Assembly: GCA_043819075.1 (NCBI GenBank)
Contig: JBDRFE010000063.1
Span: 1-16,460, forward strand
Direction of reading: 5' to 3'
Length of the DNA: 16,460 nucleotides
From: an archaeon
GTDB lineage: Archaea > Iainarchaeota > Iainarchaeia > Iainarchaeales > 1-14-0-10-31-34
A program made the position numbers and the translations under genes. The notes under the pieces are model-generated. The model did not search any database and had not been told where the DNA came from. It saw nothing but the letters and a program-made list of their open reading frames with translations. Shown here piece after piece: positions 1 through 8,273 of the stretch (positions are counted from its first letter, which is position 1; each line of letters starts with the position of its first letter).

Positions 1-2
1 CT

Positions 3-221
3 TTAAGCGATAAAACAATTGCATATTATTACATTAATGCCTTGGAAAAAATGGCTGACGGAAAAAGCACTAAAATAATTTTTCCAATGGAATTATCAAA
101 GTTAGCTGACTCTCTTGGCCAGAATGTTGCAGGAAAAGGCCTTGATTTAAGTTCAATTGGCGTTACTCATGAAATGGTTGATGCTTACTTAAAAGCAAAG
201 AAAAAAAAAGAAAAAAATTGA
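3..221 (+). CDS. 3' end of SPFH/Band-7 (stomatin/QmcA-like) protein, truncated by window edge
   Basis: Frame 3 is open from the window start to TGA at 219-221: LSDKTIAYYYINALEKMADGKSTKIIFPMELSKLA...; Y-x-x-AL-x-K-MADG-x-STKIIFPME resembles the C-terminal tail of stomatin-like proteins. Confidence 0.65.
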   Translation, partial: LSDKTIAYYYINALEKMADGKSTKIIFPMELSKLADSLGQNVAGKGLDLSSIGVTHEMVDAYLKAKKKKEKN

Positions 222-224
222 TTT

Positions 225-1103
225 TCAGCCCACAATTAATGCTGCTTCAATTACTGCTCCAATGAACAGCAGCAACAGTGAAAGAAAAATTAATCCAATG
301 CTGTCTTTAACTAATAATTTTATTTCGTGTTTCCTGTAATGGCCTTTGGTGACAACAATAGAGATTAATGCTCCAGCCATTGCTCCGACAAAATAACCTA
401 ATACTTCAAACATTCCGTGTGGAATCAATCCTAATGCTTTAATTAATCCGTGAAAGTAAGCAAAAACATAAGCAAATGCGCCAAAAGAAGCATAGCTTGA
501 AACAAGCATTAAAGCATCTTTTCCTATTACTGCGCCGATAACAGAGGCATTCCATGCAATCAAAAACATTGCTCCCACTCCATAAACTGCTGAAAGGATT
601 ACCCCCAAAAACAATACCCTTAAATTGTTTTGGAGTATTACGTCAAACCAGCACCATAAATTGTCTGAACAAACAGTTGTTGTGCCTGTAATGTTTCCAG
701 TTAACTCTGTTTTGAGTTCTGAAATGTTTTCAATTACAGTGTTTTGTTCAGAGAAAACCGTTGCATTCATTTCAGGCGGAAGCACAACATACCATAAACT
801 GTAACTTAAAATTAATCCGATAAAAAACCATGAATAAATTTTTATTAAATCAAAATGCCTTGAAATAAATGAAAACCATTTGCCTTCCTTGGAAGCTTCT
901 TCTGCTTCTTCTACAATAAAGATAGTGTATAGAATCGGAACAATTCCTATTGTAATGAATGCAATGCTTAAAACGCTTGCACTTGAAGGAAAAGTTAAAT
1001 AGCTTGTCCAGATGCCAACGCTTGAAAGCGCTGCAGCAAGAAACATCATCACTAAAGGGTGGTTTCTTGCGTTTTTTCCGCTTATAATTGACTCCAAGAC
1101 CAT
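225..1103 (-). CDS. Stage II sporulation protein M (SpoIIM/DUF95)-family integral membrane protein
   Basis: 292 aa with multiple TM segments; motifs ILQNNLRV, WNASVIG, PHGMFE, IGAVIEA; GAGGGG SD-like sequence upstream on the minus strand. Confidence 0.8.
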   Translation of the reverse strand: MVLESIISGKNARNHPLVMMFLAAALSSVGIWTSYLTFPSSASVLSIAFITIGIVPILYTIFIVEEAEEASKEGKWFSFISRHFDLIKIYSWFFIGLILSYSLWYVVLPPEMNATVFSEQNTVIENISELKTELTGNITGTTTVCSDNLWCWFDVILQNNLRVLFLGVILSAVYGVGAMFLIAWNASVIGAVIGKDALMLVSSYASFGAFAYVFAYFHGLIKALGLIPHGMFEVLGYFVGAMAGALISIVVTKGHYRKHEIKLLVKDSIGLIFLSLLLLFIGAVIEAALIVG

Positions 1104-1176
1104 TTTTTTCCCCTCTTATTACCCTTTTAAATATGTTTTCTTTCTTTAATAATATTATCTGTTTTTATTTTTTAAC

Positions 1177-1743
1177 GTGGTTTTTTTGGATAAAGATATT
1201 GTGGTGCCAGGCGACTTTCTTACAGTAGAAGAAGAGTATGCTCCTGGAAAAAACACTTTTGAAGACACAGAAGGGAATGTTTTTTCGTCAAAATTAGGCT
1301 TAAAACAGTTTGATGACAGGGAAAGAGAAGTCTCAATAAAAGAAAAAAAGCCTTCAAATGAAGTTATTGAGCCAGGCAGCATAATAACCGGAAGGGTTTC
1401 AATAATAAAAGAATCTTTTGCAGTAATTGACATTCTTAGCGCGGAAAAAAACAATGTAAAACAGGTGCCTCTTTTTTCTTCGGCTAAATTAATGATTTCA
1501 AAGGTCGCAAAATTTCATGTAATGAATTTAAGGGATGAATTCAGGGTAGGGGACATTATAAAGGCAAAAGTGATTAATGTAACAAAATACGGGATTGATA
1601 TCACAACAGCTTATCCTGAATTAGGCGTCATAAAAGCTTTCTGCTGTGTTTGCAGGAGCCCTTTAGATTTATACGACAAGACACTTAAATGCAGTAAATG
1701 CGGTTCAGTTGAAAAAAGAAAATTATCAAGCGAATTAATGTAA
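1177..1743 (+). CDS. csl4: Exosome RNA-binding cap subunit Csl4
   Basis: N-terminal VVPGDFL..EEY.PG, S1 domain (FRVGDIIKAKV), LGVIKAFC-x2-C...C-x2-C zinc ribbon and EKRKLS ending; directly upstream of rpoL as is typical in archaea. Confidence 0.93.
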   Translation: MVFLDKDIVVPGDFLTVEEEYAPGKNTFEDTEGNVFSSKLGLKQFDDREREVSIKEKKPSNEVIEPGSIITGRVSIIKESFAVIDILSAEKNNVKQVPLFSSAKLMISKVAKFHVMNLRDEFRVGDIIKAKVINVTKYGIDITTAYPELGVIKAFCCVCRSPLDLYDKTLKCSKCGSVEKRKLSSELM

Positions 1744-1756
1744 AGAGGTGTTGTGC

Positions 1757-2032
1757 TTGGAAATAGAAGTACTTAAAAAAGAAAAGAATTTCCTTGAATT
1801 TGCAATTAAAGGGGAAAGGCATTCCCTTCCAAACCTGTTGAAAACTCATTTGCTTGAAAACAAGGAAACAGAGTTTGTTGCATACAAGTTAAATCATCCG
1901 ATGGACCCTGACTCAATTTTTGTTTTAAGGACAAAAAAAGCAGAGCCAAAAAAAGTCCTGCTGGAAGCATTAAAAGAAATTGACGAAGAATTAGATGGCT
2001 TCCTGAAAGAAGTAAAAAAGAGCCTGAAATGA
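1757..2032 (+). CDS. rpoL: RNA polymerase subunit L (Rpo11/RPB11)
   Basis: GERHSLPNLLK..L...FVAYKLNHP matches the RpoL GE-x-HT-x-x-N-x-L / AY-x-x-x-HP pattern; start placed at TTG 1757 because GAGGTG at 1745-1750 fits as its SD. Confidence 0.92.
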   Translation: MEIEVLKKEKNFLEFAIKGERHSLPNLLKTHLLENKETEFVAYKLNHPMDPDSIFVLRTKKAEPKKVLLEALKEIDEELDGFLKEVKKSLK

Positions 2033-2075
2033 ATTCTTTCTTCATTTCAATTAAATTTTTTTTGCACTGGTTTAA

Positions 2076-2888
2076 ATGAAAAAAGAATACTTTGAACTGA
2101 AAAAAAAGCTTTCTTTTCTTAAATGGCTTGACCCTTTCACTTACCTTGAAATTGCTTTAAGGAAATACCACCCAAAAAAAACTAATCCATCTTTTTCTGA
2201 TGAAGCAATTGATTCAATTGTATACGTTGTATCAGCACTTGTTTTTGCTTTACTTTTGTATTCTGCGTTAGGCTTTTTATTGAATACCAGTTCGCCGATG
2301 GTGATTGTTTCAAGTTCTTCTATGGTGCCGGAAATGTACAGGGGAGACATAATTGTCTTGTACGGGGAAAAAAACATTAAAGCAGAAGAAGTAAACTTTA
2401 ATGGAACCATTTCAGGTAAAATGTATTCAGAGTACGGGAAAACAACTCCTTATCCTTTGAATATTACAACAGACTCTTTTGCAGGAACAAAAATAATTTC
2501 TTTTATTGAATCAAAGGAACTTGAAATTGGTTCGCAAAAAATTCCATTAACAACTGAAGGCGATGTAATAGTTTATTTTTCTCCTTACTCTAATAAAGAA
2601 ATAATCCACAGGACTGTGGCAAAAATCAATGCCTCTGACGGGGTTTTTTTTCTGACAAAAGGCGACGCCAACCCTGTAATCGACCAGGAATGTGTTTCAG
2701 GCAGGGAAATTTTAGGCTATGAAACTTTTTTGGGCTGCATTACAAAAAACGCTGTCTCAGAAAAAGAAATTTACGGCAAAGCAGTTTTTAAGATTCCATT
2801 GCTTGGCTGTGCAAAGCTCTGGGTTTTTGATGACCTTCCGTCAATTATTTTTGGGAAACCAAACCCTGATTTCAGCGGAATATGCTGA
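2076..2888 (+). CDS. Signal peptidase I, Sec11/ER-type (S26B)
   Basis: TM segment, then VSSSSMVP (catalytic Ser), RGDIIV, GDVIVY, IIHR (catalytic His), TKGDAN..D and GKAVFKIPLLG. Confidence 0.88.
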   Translation: MKKEYFELKKKLSFLKWLDPFTYLEIALRKYHPKKTNPSFSDEAIDSIVYVVSALVFALLLYSALGFLLNTSSPMVIVSSSSMVPEMYRGDIIVLYGEKNIKAEEVNFNGTISGKMYSEYGKTTPYPLNITTDSFAGTKIISFIESKELEIGSQKIPLTTEGDVIVYFSPYSNKEIIHRTVAKINASDGVFFLTKGDANPVIDQECVSGREILGYETFLGCITKNAVSEKEIYGKAVFKIPLLGCAKLWVFDDLPSIIFGKPNPDFSGIC

Positions 2889-2950
2889 CATTAGTAATTA
2901 AATCATTTTCATTGATATTTTTTAATGAAAAGAAAAAAAAGGTGTGAAAA

Positions 2951-3697
2951 ATGAAATTAGTTTTAGACAATGCAATCCAATTCAAGAAAGCAATTGATGC
3001 AATTTCTGTTTTAATAGATGAAGCAGAATTCATTGTATCAAAAGATGGCCTGAAATTAAAGGCAACAGACCCTTCACAGATTTCAATGATTGACTTTAAG
3101 ATGCCAAAAAAAGGTTTTGCTGAATACGAGGTTGAACATGAAACAAGAATTGGAGTGGATTTGGATTACTTAAGCCAGATTTTAAGCAGGAGCAAAGCAG
3201 GAGAAAAACTGATTATTGTGTTGGATGAAAAAGAATCCAGATTAAAAATCCAGCTTAAATCAGATTCTGCAAGAAATTTTTCAATGCAGTTAATTGAAAT
3301 TTCTTCAGGCCTGCTGCCTACCCCAAAAGTTGAATTTGATGCTTCGGTCAAAGCAAGCGCTGGATTAATTCAGGAAGGGTTAAAGGACTCTGTTTTAGTC
3401 AGCACTCACGTAACCTTGGGTGTTACTTCAAAAAATTTTTTCATTAAGGCAAGTTCTTCTAAAGGAGAATCAGTTTATGAAATAACAAAAGAAGACAAAA
3501 ACCTGAAAGAATTAAACGCAAAAAAAGAATGTTATGCAATGTTTCCATTGGATTACTTGCAGGACATGCTGAAGTCTGCTAGTTCTGATACAATAGTTGA
3601 ACTCAGCTTGAAAAGCAATGCGCCAATAAAAATAGCTTATTCTGTCGGCGGAGCGGAAATAGAATACTTTTTGGCTCCAAGAATTGAATCAAGTTAG
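2951..3697 (+). CDS. pcn: DNA polymerase sliding clamp PCNA, paralogue 1 (canonical C-terminus)
   Basis: 248 aa; KATDPSQISMIDF, GVDL, F-x-LDYL, APIKIAY and terminal FLAPRIE; GGTG SD at 2941-2944. Confidence 0.96.
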   Translation: MKLVLDNAIQFKKAIDAISVLIDEAEFIVSKDGLKLKATDPSQISMIDFKMPKKGFAEYEVEHETRIGVDLDYLSQILSRSKAGEKLIIVLDEKESRLKIQLKSDSARNFSMQLIEISSGLLPTPKVEFDASVKASAGLIQEGLKDSVLVSTHVTLGVTSKNFFIKASSSKGESVYEITKEDKNLKELNAKKECYAMFPLDYLQDMLKSASSDTIVELSLKSNAPIKIAYSVGGAEIEYFLAPRIESS

Positions 3698-3748
3698 ATT
3701 TTCCTTAAAGCGTTAATTTATTTATTTTATTGATGTTATTTTTAGTGC

Positions 3749-4732
3749 ATGATAGAACAGTTCTTTATTTTTGGCTTAGGCTTGTTTCTTTTGCTTAAAA
3801 GCAGTGACTTGTTTGTTGTTTCTGCTTCAAGGCTGGCAAAAATTTTTGGAATATCAGAATTAGTCATTGGATTGACTGTTGTTGCAATCGGCACATCTCT
3901 TCCGGAGTTTGCTTCTTCTATTGTTGCTTCTCTAGCAGGCAATTCAGGGCTGATAATAGGAAACATTATTGGAAGCAATATAGCAAACCTTGCCTTGATT
4001 TTAGGTATTTCAGGAATAATTCATTCTCTTAAAATAGAGAAAAGCCTTTTTGAAAGAGAATGCTATATTTTGATTGGCGTAACAGTCCTTTTCTATATTC
4101 TTTTGTTTGATTTCATTGTTTCTTTTTCTGATGCATTAATTCTTGTTTTTCTTTTTGTTGCTTACTTGTTTTTCATGTTCAAGTTTAAAGTGCAGTTTCA
4201 GGAAGTATTAAAGGTAAAACTTTATATAGAGCATTTAGTTAATTTCAGGAAATTCCTGCGCCTTCTGAAAGACAATTTCAAGAAAATCCTTATAGGGGAA
4301 ACTCTTGTCTTATTGATTTCTTTGATTGGATTATTTTATGGCGCAAGCTTTATGGTTGGCTCTGCAATAAAAATAGCTGAATTTTTTTCTTTCACTGACA
4401 CTTTTGTCGGCTTAACATTAATTGCATTAGGCACTTCTCTTCCTGAACTCGCTGTGGCTTTAGTGTCACTGCAAAAAGGATTTCATAACATGTTAATTGG
4501 AAACATTATTGGAAGCAATATTTTTAACATTCTTTTTGTAGGCGGGTTTTCTGCTTTGATTAATCCATTGGTTGTCACTGGTTTTACTTTAACTGTTTTA
4601 GGGCCGTTCTTAATTGTTGTTTCAGCTGTTTTTTTGCTGTTTGCCTGGAGCGATTTGCAGATAAAAAAAACAGAAGGCATTGTATTGCTTTTGCTGTATC
4701 TTTTGTTTTTGATAATGATTCTGCCAAAATGA
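3749..4732 (+). CDS. Ca2+/Na+ antiporter (CaCA, YrbG/NCX_Mj-like)
   Basis: 327 aa, about 10 TM segments, two alpha repeats each with GTSLPE and GNIIGSNI. Confidence 0.93.
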   Translation: MIEQFFIFGLGLFLLLKSSDLFVVSASRLAKIFGISELVIGLTVVAIGTSLPEFASSIVASLAGNSGLIIGNIIGSNIANLALILGISGIIHSLKIEKSLFERECYILIGVTVLFYILLFDFIVSFSDALILVFLFVAYLFFMFKFKVQFQEVLKVKLYIEHLVNFRKFLRLLKDNFKKILIGETLVLLISLIGLFYGASFMVGSAIKIAEFFSFTDTFVGLTLIALGTSLPELAVALVSLQKGFHNMLIGNIIGSNIFNILFVGGFSALINPLVVTGFTLTVLGPFLIVVSAVFLLFAWSDLQIKKTEGIVLLLLYLLFLIMILPK

Positions 4733-4776
4733 GCCTGAAGTTAAAATTATTAATTACTTTGTTTCTATTTTAGTGC

Positions 4777-4971
4777 ATGGATTTAAGCATTCCGTTTATC
4801 AGAAAAAATTACGAGAAAAGAACTGCGGCTTTGACTTTAATCTGGTTCATGGTTTTTATCGCATATTATTACAATTCTTACCAGTTCCTTCAGATGGCGC
4901 TTGTTTTTATTGTAGGCTGGTTTTTTTCTCTTGTAGTGTTAAACAAGCCGAAAAAAGATGAACTAAAATGA
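4777..4971 (+). CDS. Small hypothetical membrane protein (2 TM)
   Basis: 64 aa, two hydrophobic segments, Lys-rich tail; ATG context matches the start motif at 3749 and 9645; stop overlaps the next ATG (ATGA). Confidence 0.6.
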   Translation: MDLSIPFIRKNYEKRTAALTLIWFMVFIAYYYNSYQFLQMALVFIVGWFFSLVVLNKPKKDELK

Positions 4972-5150
4972 ATTCATCTAATGCTGTTGCAGGAATTCTT
5001 GCAGGATTAATTGCTTTTGCATGCAATTCTTTTGTGCAGTTTTTGCTTGAAAAAAAAATTGATTTTTTTTCTGCTTTCCTTACAGCTTTTTTTGTTGCAC
5101 TGGTTTTTTTCCTAATAACTTTGCGTTACCCCAGAAATAACCTGCGTTAA
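4968..5150 (+). CDS. Small hypothetical membrane protein (2 TM)
   Basis: 60 aa, two hydrophobic segments; ATGA coupling to the upstream ORF; 3' end overlaps the convergent CDF ORF. Confidence 0.55.
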   Translation: MNSSNAVAGILAGLIAFACNSFVQFLLEKKIDFFSAFLTAFFVALVFFLITLRYPRNNLR

Positions 5151-6012
5151 AAAAAGGGTCGATGTGAATAAATGCCCTGTCAATTTCTTCCATTTCTTCT
5201 ATTGAGTACTGAACGGTTTTTCCGATTGAATGTGCTTCTTGTACAGAAATTTTTTCGTCAACTACAACATGTATTTCAACTTGGACTAAATTTCCCAGAT
5301 ACTGTGCCCTGATATCGTGAACGTTTTTAACTCCGTCAACTTCCATTGCCTTCAGCTTTATTTCTTCAATTGTTTTTTTTGGCGGAGCAGTTCCAACTAA
5401 TTGGTTTGAATTCTCTAATGCAATCCTGATTCCGCTTCTGATAATATAAACTGAAATAACTAAAGCCATTAAAGGGTCTAGAAAAGAATAATTGTTTATT
5501 GCTCCAAATACGCCGATTAATGCAGTGAAAGAAATTATTACGTCTGCTTTGCTGTCCTCGCTTACTGCCAGTAAAGCCATGCTTTTTGTTTTTTCCGCCA
5601 CTTTTTTAGTGTAAACTGAAAGAAATATTTTGAGCGCAATTGTTATCAGCAAAACAATGATTGCGATTAACCCGAACTGCACTTTGTTTCCAAAAACAAG
5701 TTTCAATAATCCTTCTTTTATTAATTCAACTCCTACTACTGCAACAAGTATTCCTATTACTAATCCTGTAACTGATTCAATTCTTTCATGCCCAAAAGGA
5801 TGGTCTTCATCTGGTTCCTTTGATGAAATCTTTACTGCAATCAATGCAATTGAAGAAGAAAAAATGTCTGAAAAAGAATTAACTGCATCTGCAAGCAATG
5901 CAAAGCTTCCGGTAAGTGCTCCTACAAAAATTTTTATTAAAAACAAAAAAATGTTTCCAGCTAAATTAACCAGTGAAACAAGGCTTTTTTCTCCCTGCAT
6001 TTTTTTTACCAT
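5080..6012 (-). CDS. Cation diffusion facilitator (FieF/YiiP/MamM-like) metal transporter
   Basis: GSFALLADAVNSFSD, PDEDHPFGHERIE, S-x-ALLA...D-x-x-AD, C-terminal domain VHDIR...AHSI...HIDP; start may be ATG 6012 or ATG 6000. Confidence 0.93.
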   Translation of the reverse strand: MVKKMQGEKSLVSLVNLAGNIFLFLIKIFVGALTGSFALLADAVNSFSDIFSSSIALIAVKISSKEPDEDHPFGHERIESVTGLVIGILVAVVGVELIKEGLLKLVFGNKVQFGLIAIIVLLITIALKIFLSVYTKKVAEKTKSMALLAVSEDSKADVIISFTALIGVFGAINNYSFLDPLMALVISVYIIRSGIRIALENSNQLVGTAPPKKTIEEIKLKAMEVDGVKNVHDIRAQYLGNLVQVEIHVVVDEKISVQEAHSIGKTVQYSIEEMEEIDRAFIHIDPFFNAGYFWGNAKLLGKKPVQQKKL

Positions 6013-6557
6013 CTGATTCTCTCCGGTGAAATAATTCTTCCCACCAGCTTATTTAATCTTTCCATTGCAATTTCCTGCCTTTTTTTTGTCCTTGTTTGAA
6101 CACAATCTTTTACAACAAAAACATTAAATCCTTTGAATACTGCACTAAAGCCTGTTGCCATAACACAGCAGTCGCTTTGAATTCCTGCAAAAAACAGGTT
6201 TTTTGCTTTCAGTTTTTTCAAAAGTTTTTCTAAATCTGTTTTATAAAATCCATCATAAGTTTTTTTATGCACAGTAAAATCAATCAAATTTTCTAATTCT
6301 TTGACTGTTTTTGTTTTCTTTTTTCCTTTTACTGCGTGCCTTCCGGTTACCCTGAAAATAGAGTCATTTTTGCCGTGAAAGCAATGAACATGGATTACTG
6401 GAACTTTTTTTTGTTTTGCTTTTTCAGCCAGCTTTACAATATTTTTAATCAGTTTTTTGCTCCTGTTTTTTGGCAGAAGAATTTCTTTTTCGTTTCCATA
6501 AACAAATTCTTCAAGCAAATCAATCACTATTACCGCAGAATTTTTTTTTGAGTACAT
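6006..6557 (-). CDS. Isochorismatase/nicotinamidase-family cysteine hydrolase
   Basis: Asp-Lys-Cys triad context: VIVIDLLEEF, HKKTYDGFYKTDL, AGIQSDCCVMAT. Confidence 0.9.
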   Translation of the reverse strand: MYSKKNSAVIVIDLLEEFVYGNEKEILLPKNRSKKLIKNIVKLAEKAKQKKVPVIHVHCFHGKNDSIFRVTGRHAVKGKKKTKTVKELENLIDFTVHKKTYDGFYKTDLEKLLKKLKAKNLFFAGIQSDCCVMATGFSAVFKGFNVFVVKDCVQTRTKKRQEIAMERLNKLVGRIISPERIRW

Positions 6558-6562
6558 TTAGT

Positions 6563-7102
6563 TCACTTCTTTCTTTCAAGAAAAACTTTTTCCCCTATTT
6601 TTCTGAAAACATTTCCTGTTTCATGCATTAAATAATTCATTGCATCAATGTCTGGTTTTCCTTCAGCTTCAATTGCTTTCACTGCAACAACTTTTCCAAC
6701 AACAATTGCATGGTCTGCTTCTTTTAACTCTAATACTTCACTTAAAATGCATTCCAACACTGCCTTGCTTTCTTTTAGCCTTGGAACACTGATTTTTTCT
6801 GATTTCTCTGAATGCAATTCATTTTTTTCCAGTCTTTTGTCAAATTCAATTTTTTCCTCGCAGTTAACCGCTTTTTGCGCAAAATTTTCTGAAATCACAT
6901 TTACTGTGAACTCTTTTGTTTCTTTGATGTTTTTGAAAGTCATTTTATTTTTTCCAACCCCTATTCCTATTAGAGGGGGTTCAAAACTGAAGGGAAAAAC
7001 AAAAGAATATGGCGCGGCATTAATTTTTCCTTCAAGGCTTTTTGTGATTACAAGGCAGCTTATTCTTGGGCTCAATAATTTAACAAAATCTTTTTCCTGC
7101 AT
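6563..7102 (-). CDS. Flavin reductase-like FMN-binding protein (DIM6/NTAB family)
   Basis: PR...NAAPYS...PPLIGI...TFKNIKETKEFTVN...VPRLKES...LEC...DHAIVVGKV. Confidence 0.88.
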   Translation of the reverse strand: MQEKDFVKLLSPRISCLVITKSLEGKINAAPYSFVFPFSFEPPLIGIGVGKNKMTFKNIKETKEFTVNVISENFAQKAVNCEEKIEFDKRLEKNELHSEKSEKISVPRLKESKAVLECILSEVLELKEADHAIVVGKVVAVKAIEAEGKPDIDAMNYLMHETGNVFRKIGEKVFLERKK

Positions 7103-7120
7103 TGAATCACATCCATTAAT

Positions 7121-7732
7121 TTATTCCAAAAACTTTTTTATTTCCTCAAATTCTTTGATTCTGTTTTTTTCTTTTCCTATTTTTGTCTTATAAACAAGCA
7201 TTTTCACCCCAGCAGATTCTCCTGCCTGAATATCTGTTTCTGCGTCGCCGACAAAAATTGCTTCTTCTGCTTTAACATTTAATTTTTTTAACGCTTTTTT
7301 GATTCCTTCAGGCGAAGGCTTTGGCTCTATTACATCTGTTGCAGTCACAATAACATCAAAGAATCCTGAAAGCTTATGGTAGTCTAATACAGTGGTTTTT
7401 GTCCTGTTGGTTATTACCCCTAACTTGATTTTTTTTTCTTTTAAGAATTCAAGCAAATCTTTTATTCCGTTGTTTTTTTTGGTTAAAGGAGTGAATTCAA
7501 AGTATTTTGCAGACCATCTTTCAGCTGTTTTTCCTGCTTCTTCTTCACTTAGTTCAGGGCAGTATTTTTCTATTACTTGTTTGACTGTCATGAATCTGAT
7601 TGAATAAAACTCTTTTTTGCTTAAAGGCTTTTTTTCCTGTTCTTTCAGCAATGCGTTGATAAAATTCCTGTTTGCCTCTAATGAATTAATTAATACTCCG
7701 TCAATGTCAAACAAAACTGCTTTAATTTTCAT
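7121..7732 (-). CDS. HAD-superfamily hydrolase (phosphoglycolate phosphatase-like)
   Basis: Motif I FDIDGVL, motif II ITN, motif III KPSP, motif IV VGDAETD; start placed at ATG 7732 (MKIKAVLFD), about 25 nt downstream of a TTTATAAA box. Confidence 0.9.
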   Translation of the reverse strand: MKIKAVLFDIDGVLINSLEANRNFINALLKEQEKKPLSKKEFYSIRFMTVKQVIEKYCPELSEEEAGKTAERWSAKYFEFTPLTKKNNGIKDLLEFLKEKKIKLGVITNRTKTTVLDYHKLSGFFDVIVTATDVIEPKPSPEGIKKALKKLNVKAEEAIFVGDAETDIQAGESAGVKMLVYKTKIGKEKNRIKEFEEIKKFLE

Positions 7733-7794
7733 TACAAAACTAATTACAGTTAAGTTTATAAAAAAAGAAAACAATATTTTAATATTGAATCGGG

Positions 7795-8181
7795 GTGGTT
7801 TTTATTCCGGTAAAAAAAATAGCAAAATTTAGTGCGTTAGTTGACAAGCTTAAGGCAGAACGAATACGCCGAAATGACCCTAATTTCGGGAGACCTAAAC
7901 GAAGAACAATGCTGAGCCAGAGTTCGCTGGCAAAGGTAAGCGACCGCAAAGTCAGAAGATTTGGAAGAGACCTGGATGCTTTTAATCCTGTTATGGGAAA
8001 AAAGAGAAGAGAGTTTCCCGGACTAAAAGGAACCCTTGGACGAAAATTAAGCCCAAAGGCTTTGTCAAAAGTAAGCCAGAGAAAACTCGATAAGTTTAGC
8101 AGGCCCTCAAGAAAAGAAAGGCGGGCAAAAGAAAGAGAACGCCAAGAAGCCCTCAGAAGAGCTAAAACTGACATTGTATAA
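7795..8181 (+). CDS. Hypothetical highly basic protein with internal repeat
   Basis: 128-aa ORF filling an otherwise empty gap; 41 Lys+Arg by my count; 19-aa internal repeat conserved at protein level. Start codon (GTG) uncertain. Confidence 0.65.
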   Translation: MVFIPVKKIAKFSALVDKLKAERIRRNDPNFGRPKRRTMLSQSSLAKVSDRKVRRFGRDLDAFNPVMGKKRREFPGLKGTLGRKLSPKALSKVSQRKLDKFSRPSRKERRAKERERQEALRRAKTDIV

Positions 8182-8273
8182 CTCCTCTCGCTGGAGTATT
8201 AGAATAATTTAAAAGCATTAACCAGCATAATATGGCTTAGAAATGTTTTTTTTTGCAGTCAGGGGGTTTAACT

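Noticed and set aside
3959..4521. Exact 23-bp repeat GGAAACATTATTGGAAGCAATAT at 3959-3981 and 4499-4521
   Set aside because: Encodes GNIIGSNI in the two known CaCA alpha repeats; explained by protein constraint plus codon bias, not CRISPR or att sites.
7779..8174. 131-aa antisense ORF opposite the basic orphan
   Set aside because: Its Leu/Ser/Phe-rich composition is what the complement of a Lys/Arg-rich gene gives; the + frame carries the protein-level repeat and the purine-rich coding bias. Not fully excluded.
8181..8197. Short hairpin ACTCC-N7-GGAGT after the basic ORF
   Set aside because: A 5-bp stem with no T-tract is expected by chance.
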